A DNA stretch of 64,000 nt from an uncultured delta proteobacterium (GTDB lineage: Bacteria; Desulfobacterota; Desulfobacteria; Desulfobacterales; B30-G6), in contig CAWGLD010000001.1 of NCBI GenBank assembly GCA_963823335.1, positions 192,001 to 256,000 of the forward strand, in the 5' to 3' direction. The notes under the pieces were generated by a model. It had not been told where the DNA came from. It ran no database searches and was given only the letters and a program-made list of their open reading frames with translations. Shown in pieces: positions 59,624 to 64,000 of the stretch; position 1 is the stretch's first letter, and the number at the start of each line of letters is the position of its first letter. Made by a program: the position numbers and the translations under genes.

Positions 59624-61036
59624 TCAGGAAGCATAGATGGAGCATTTTCTGACGGCCATGGCTGCTTCCTGAAGTGCTTCCGAAAAGGTCGGATGACCGT
59701 GGACGGTCCGGGCAATGTCTTCCGAGCTAGCCCCAAACTCCATTGCCAGCACGCATTCGGCAATCATGTCGGCTGCCCGGGGACCGATGATGTGAACCCC
59801 CAGGATACGGTCGGTCTTGCCATGGGCGATCAGTTTGACAAAGCCCTCCTTCTCGCCCATACAGCGTGCCCGGCCCGCACCTGAAAAAGGATAGGTGCCC
59901 ACACAATAGGGAATCTCCCGCTCCTTGAGCGCCTCTTCCGTCAAACCGACACTGGCAACCTCGGGCCAGGTGTAAACCACCGACGGGATGGTATCATAGT
60001 TCACTTCACCGGCATGTCCGGCAATACTCTCCACGGTCGCGATTCCCTCTGCCGATGCTTTGTGGGCCAGCATGGGACCGGGAGTGAGATCACCGATGGC
60101 GTAGACACCCTGCACACTGGTCTGGTAGGCAGGATCCACAAGAATATGACCTGTCTGGGGATCGGTTTGAATACCAACATCTTCAATACCAAGCCCGTCC
60201 GTTAAAGGTTTTCTACCCACCGCCACCAGGAGTTTATCAAATGTCATGGCAGTGGTTTCCCCGCCCTTTTCCAGTGTCACCTTGACCTTCTTGGCGGTTT
60301 TCTGGGCCTTGACCACCCGCGTGTTGAGATGAAACAGCATACCCTGTTTCTTTAAAATACGATCCAGGGCCCTTCCCACCTGTCCGTCCAGAGTGGTGGC
60401 AATCTTGGGCAGCATTTCGATAACGGTCACTTTCGAACCCAGCCGCATCCAGACCGATCCCAGCTCCAGACCGATATAACCGCCCCCCACGATTCCCAGG
60501 CTTTTGGGGACCGCATCAAAATTCAGGGCTTCCGTGGAACTGACAATTGCCCGGCCGTCGAATGGCATGCCGGGCACTTCCACGGGCTGACTTCCCGTGG
60601 CCAGCAGAATCGAGGCGCCCTTGAGAATCCGCTTTTTCTGCTTTCCAATGGTCACTTCCACCTGCTTGTCACCTGCAAGACGTGCCGTGCCCTGAATAAT
60701 GTCGATCCGGTTGCCTTCCAACAGCTTGCGAACGCTGTCCGTAAGATCTTTGACCACGGTGTCTTTACGCTTCATCAAGGTCGCCAGATCCAGGGTCAAG
60801 CGACCGGTCTTGATGCCATGTTCGGCAAAGTGCTCCCGGGCCAGGTGATAGTACTCGCTGGAGTCGAGCAGGGCCTTGCTGGGTATACACCCGACGTTCA
60901 GGCACACCCCGCCAAGACGGGCTGACTTCTCGACACAGGCTGTTTTCAGACCCAGTTGAGCGGCTCTTACCGCGGCGACATACCCACCGGGTCCGGAGCC
61001 TATAATAACCAGATCATAATTGTCTGCCGTTGTCAT
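59624..61036 (-). CDS. lpdA: Dihydrolipoamide dehydrogenase (E3)
   Basis: GSGPGG, GGVCLNVGCIPSK, GGGYIG, MLAHKA, HPTFSE. Confidence 0.97.
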   Translation of the reverse strand: MTTADNYDLVIIGSGPGGYVAAVRAAQLGLKTACVEKSARLGGVCLNVGCIPSKALLDSSEYYHLAREHFAEHGIKTGRLTLDLATLMKRKDTVVKDLTDSVRKLLEGNRIDIIQGTARLAGDKQVEVTIGKQKKRILKGASILLATGSQPVEVPGMPFDGRAIVSSTEALNFDAVPKSLGIVGGGYIGLELGSVWMRLGSKVTVIEMLPKIATTLDGQVGRALDRILKKQGMLFHLNTRVVKAQKTAKKVKVTLEKGGETTAMTFDKLLVAVGRKPLTDGLGIEDVGIQTDPQTGHILVDPAYQTSVQGVYAIGDLTPGPMLAHKASAEGIATVESIAGHAGEVNYDTIPSVVYTWPEVASVGLTEEALKEREIPYCVGTYPFSGAGRARCMGEKEGFVKLIAHGKTDRILGVHIIGPRAADMIAECVLAMEFGASSEDIARTVHGHPTFSEALQEAAMAVRKCSIYAS

Positions 61037-61037
61037 G

Positions 61038-62345
61038 TTAGACCTCCAATACGATCCGTTCAGGGTTTTCGACGAAGTCCTTGACGCGTTTTAAAAACGT
61101 TACAGCACCTTTGCCGTCGACGATCCGATGGTCGTAGCTCAAAGCCACATACATCATGGGACGCACGACAATTTCGTCGTCCACCACCACCGGACGTTTT
61201 TCAATCTTGTGCATACCGAGAATGCCGCTCTGGGGCGTGTTCAAAATCGGTGTACTCAACAAAGACCCGTACACACCGCCATTGCTCACCGTAAATGTGC
61301 CCCCCTCGAGATCGGCCAGTTCGAGTCGATTGTCCTTGATTTTTACCACATAATCGATGATGGCCTTTTCGATTCCGGCAAAGCTCAATCTTTCGGCGTG
61401 GCGGATGACCGGAACCACCAGGCCCCGGTCGCTTCCGATGGCGACACCGATATGCTGGTAGGAATGATAAACAAAATCGGAGCCATCCACAAAGGCATTG
61501 ATTTCAGGGATCTCCTTCAATGCTTCTACGCAGGCCTTGATAAAAAATGACATGAATCCCAGGGATATGTCATGCTTTTTCTGAAATGCCTCCTTGTAGC
61601 GTGTCCGCATCGCCATGGCCTGCTGCATGTCGATTTCATTGAAGGTGGTGAGCATGGCCGTATTTTGCTTCGACGCCAGGAGGCGTTCGGCAATCCGCTT
61701 GCGGATGGGGGACATTTTGACCCGTTTGACTTCCTCCGACATCTGAGCAACAGCTGGTTCTTCACAAACCGGGGCCGTCACTTTTTCAGGAATACCGGCG
61801 GGAGCTTCCTCCAGATAAAGAAGCACGTCCCCTTTGCTGACCCTGCCGCCGGGGCCGGTGCCGGAAATCCTGGATACATCGAGATTTTTTTCGGCAACGA
61901 GTCTGCGGACCGAGGGAGAAAGCGGCATATCATCCATGGTTGATTTCTGGGGGGGCACACTTTTTGCGGTCACCACCGGGGCCGCTATTACCGGTGTCGC
62001 TTCAGCAAGGCCCTCTTTCGTCTCAGGGGGCACGGGTCGCTCCGGTGAAGACTCCGGGGCTGGTTCCGGGGCTGGTTCCGGCTGCGGAGTTGGTGCTTTG
62101 GTCGTCTTACCCGCTGTTTCAATCTGGCCCACAACCGCACCAATGGCCACCGTCTCCCCTTCTTTGATCAGAATCTTTAAAACACCACCGGCTTCCGCCA
62201 CAACTTCCAGGGTTACCTTGTCTGTCTCTATGACCAGCAGTGCGTCATCCTTCTGAACAATGTCGCCATCCTTTTTGAACCATTCCGCCAGGACCGCTTC
62301 CTGAACAGATTCTCCGACACTGGGTATTTTTATTTCTATGGCCAT
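61038..62345 (-). CDS. sucB: 2-oxoglutarate dehydrogenase E2
   Basis: Lipoyl ETDKV, PSBD GTGPGGRVSKGD, AMLTTFNE, LSYDHRIVDG. Confidence 0.96.
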   Translation of the reverse strand: MAIEIKIPSVGESVQEAVLAEWFKKDGDIVQKDDALLVIETDKVTLEVVAEAGGVLKILIKEGETVAIGAVVGQIETAGKTTKAPTPQPEPAPEPAPESSPERPVPPETKEGLAEATPVIAAPVVTAKSVPPQKSTMDDMPLSPSVRRLVAEKNLDVSRISGTGPGGRVSKGDVLLYLEEAPAGIPEKVTAPVCEEPAVAQMSEEVKRVKMSPIRKRIAERLLASKQNTAMLTTFNEIDMQQAMAMRTRYKEAFQKKHDISLGFMSFFIKACVEALKEIPEINAFVDGSDFVYHSYQHIGVAIGSDRGLVVPVIRHAERLSFAGIEKAIIDYVVKIKDNRLELADLEGGTFTVSNGGVYGSLLSTPILNTPQSGILGMHKIEKRPVVVDDEIVVRPMMYVALSYDHRIVDGKGAVTFLKRVKDFVENPERIVLEV

Positions 62346-62428
62346 GATCGCTCCCTCACTGATTTTCTTTCCTTATTTTTTAAAAGGATCAACTCTCTTC
62401 ACTATTCGCACAATTAAATCTTCGCTTG

Positions 62429-62482
62429 TCATTAGCACTTCGTGCGTCATTTGTCCTTCGGACGACATTAGCGCTGCGCGCG
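62429..62482. repeat. Three tandem 18-bp mini-hairpin units
   Basis: TCATTAGCACTTCGTGCG / TCATTTGTCCTTCGGACG / ACATTAGCGCTGCGCGCG. Confidence 0.65.
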
Positions 62483-62665
62483 TTATTTATTGTCGCTGAA
62501 AGCTGGTAGCTACACGAAGTAAATATCTATTAATTACGCGAAGCAAATTACATTTATTCCCTCGGAACCTTGTATGCAGGGAAGCTTGGATGCTCTGAAG
62601 CCGGAATACTGCTGTTCGCTACCCTTGTATCACCCTCCGACTCTCGAACCCTCGGACCCTTACTA

Positions 62666-64000
62666 TCACGACACCGAATCCGCAGATCTCCCCAGGGCCT
62701 CGTTCGATATGGCTTCCTGCTGCTGCTTATATATGGCCGGAAAACCCGTGGCCGGACTTGCCGAAGGTTTTCTGCCCACATAGCGGAGCTTCTTTCCAGT
62801 GATCTTCTCCATACGATTCTGCACAAAAAACCAACCCCCCATATTTTCAGGCTCCTCCTGTACCCAACTGAACCTCTTTGCCTTTTTATAGGGTTTTAGC
62901 ATGGTTTTAATCTGTTTTTCAGGAAAAGGGTAAAACTGCTCCAGACGCAAAATAGCCTTGTTGCTCTCCTTGAGTTCCTTTCGCCGCTGCACAAGCTGGT
63001 AATAGAGTTTCCCGCTGCAGAAAATGATTTCATCCGCTCCTGTATTCAGTTCAGGATCCTTCAGGACCGGTTCAAACCGGTCTGAAACCAGTGCATCGAG
63101 GGTGGAGACAGCCATGGGATGTCTCAAGAGGCTCTTGGGTGTCATCAGTACCAGCGGCTTACGATATGCTTCCATGACCTGGCGCCTCAGGAGGTGAAAA
63201 TACTGGGCCGGGGTCGTAAGATTACACACCTGCATGTTGTCTTCGGCACACAGCTGCAGGAATCGCTCCAGACGTGCGCTGGAATGTTCAGGGCCCAGCC
63301 CTTCCCATCCATGGGGAAGCAGCAGTGTCAATCCACTCAGGCGTTGCCATTTGGATTGCCCGCTGGCGATGAAAAGATCGATAACCCCCTGGGCATTGTT
63401 CGCAAAATCCCCGAACTGCGCTTCCCAGAGCACCAGTGTACTTGGCTGTGTTATGGAATAGCCATATTCAAACCCCAGAACACCGGCCTCTGCCAGAAGA
63501 GAGTTGTAGACCATGAAGGTCGATTGTTTTTTATTCAGATGATTCAAGGGAATGTAGGACTCACCGCTTTTGGCATCGAACAGAACACTGTGCCGTTGGC
63601 TGAAGGTACCCCGGCCCACGTCCTGCCCGCTCAAGCGGATGGGAAAGCCTTCCATGAGCAGCGTAGCAAATGCCATTGTCTCAGCGCTCGACCAGTCGAT
63701 GCCCTGCCCCGATTCCACGGCCGACAGTCGTTTTTCTAGCAGGCGCTGCAACTTCGAGTTCAATGAAAAACCAGCGGGTGGGCTGTTCAGCTTTCTGGCG
63801 ATGTCAATCAGCCCTTTCTTGGGAAAACCCGTCTTGACGCCCTCGAAAGCATAGGTCGACTTGATAGGATCCCAATCTTCGAAATATCGGGATTCCGGGA
63901 AAAGACAGTCTGTTCCGTGAACATCCGCAAAGGCCTTCTCCAGGTTATCGAGAACCTCTTTTTCCAACGAATCCAGATGGCTTTCGTCCACCACGTTTTC
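62666..64000 (-). CDS. sucA: 2-oxoglutarate dehydrogenase E1 (3' part; 5' beyond window)
   Basis: RLSGQDVGRGTFSQRH, WEAQFGDFAN, GPEHSSARLERFLQ, TPKSLLR, QEEPENMG. Confidence 0.96.
   Translation of the reverse strand, partial: ENVVDESHLDSLEKEVLDNLEKAFADVHGTDCLFPESRYFEDWDPIKSTYAFEGVKTGFPKKGLIDIARKLNSPPAGFSLNSKLQRLLEKRLSAVESGQGIDWSSAETMAFATLLMEGFPIRLSGQDVGRGTFSQRHSVLFDAKSGESYIPLNHLNKKQSTFMVYNSLLAEAGVLGFEYGYSITQPSTLVLWEAQFGDFANNAQGVIDLFIASGQSKWQRLSGLTLLLPHGWEGLGPEHSSARLERFLQLCAEDNMQVCNLTTPAQYFHLLRRQVMEAYRKPLVLMTPKSLLRHPMAVSTLDALVSDRFEPVLKDPELNTGADEIIFCSGKLYYQLVQRRKELKESNKAILRLEQFYPFPEKQIKTMLKPYKKAKRFSWVQEEPENMGGWFFVQNRMEKITGKKLRYVGRKPSASPATGFPAIYKQQQEAISNEALGRSADSVS

Overview
Core-genome window of a sulfate-reducing deltaproteobacterium; gene content suggests Desulfobacterales (inference). 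It holds a complete hmc operon (16-haem HmcA, HmcB-F including a 47-aa HmcD absent from the ORF track, then USP, response regulator, PAS histidine kinase and rrf2), an rnfCDGEAB cluster, an Fe3+/2-AEP-family ABC importer, selA-TPR-FmdB-hemC-cobA/hemD-moaA, rfbB, pyrF, lysC-tsaE-nnr, phoH-pgpH-ybeY, cvpA-mazG, fba, ettA, sucAB-lpdA and a partial cdaA. No rRNA, tRNA, CRISPR array or intact transposase was seen. The unexplained signal is intergenic. (1) A fixed-spacing 40-bp two-palindrome motif lies just before five start codons, always in the same orientation. (2) Two families of gene-less IS200/IS605-like mini-elements sit next to TTGA(T); one has a TnpB-omegaRNA-like end. (3) ERIC-like long hairpins have co-varying stems. 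(4) A decayed four-helix-bundle gene cassette has an empty sister copy. (5) A 104-bp element occurs twice in the hmc unit. (6) Tandem putative Rrf2 operators overlap the hmc promoter. Several small ORFs missing from the track were also found. All family assignments come from motif recognition by eye; no searches were run.
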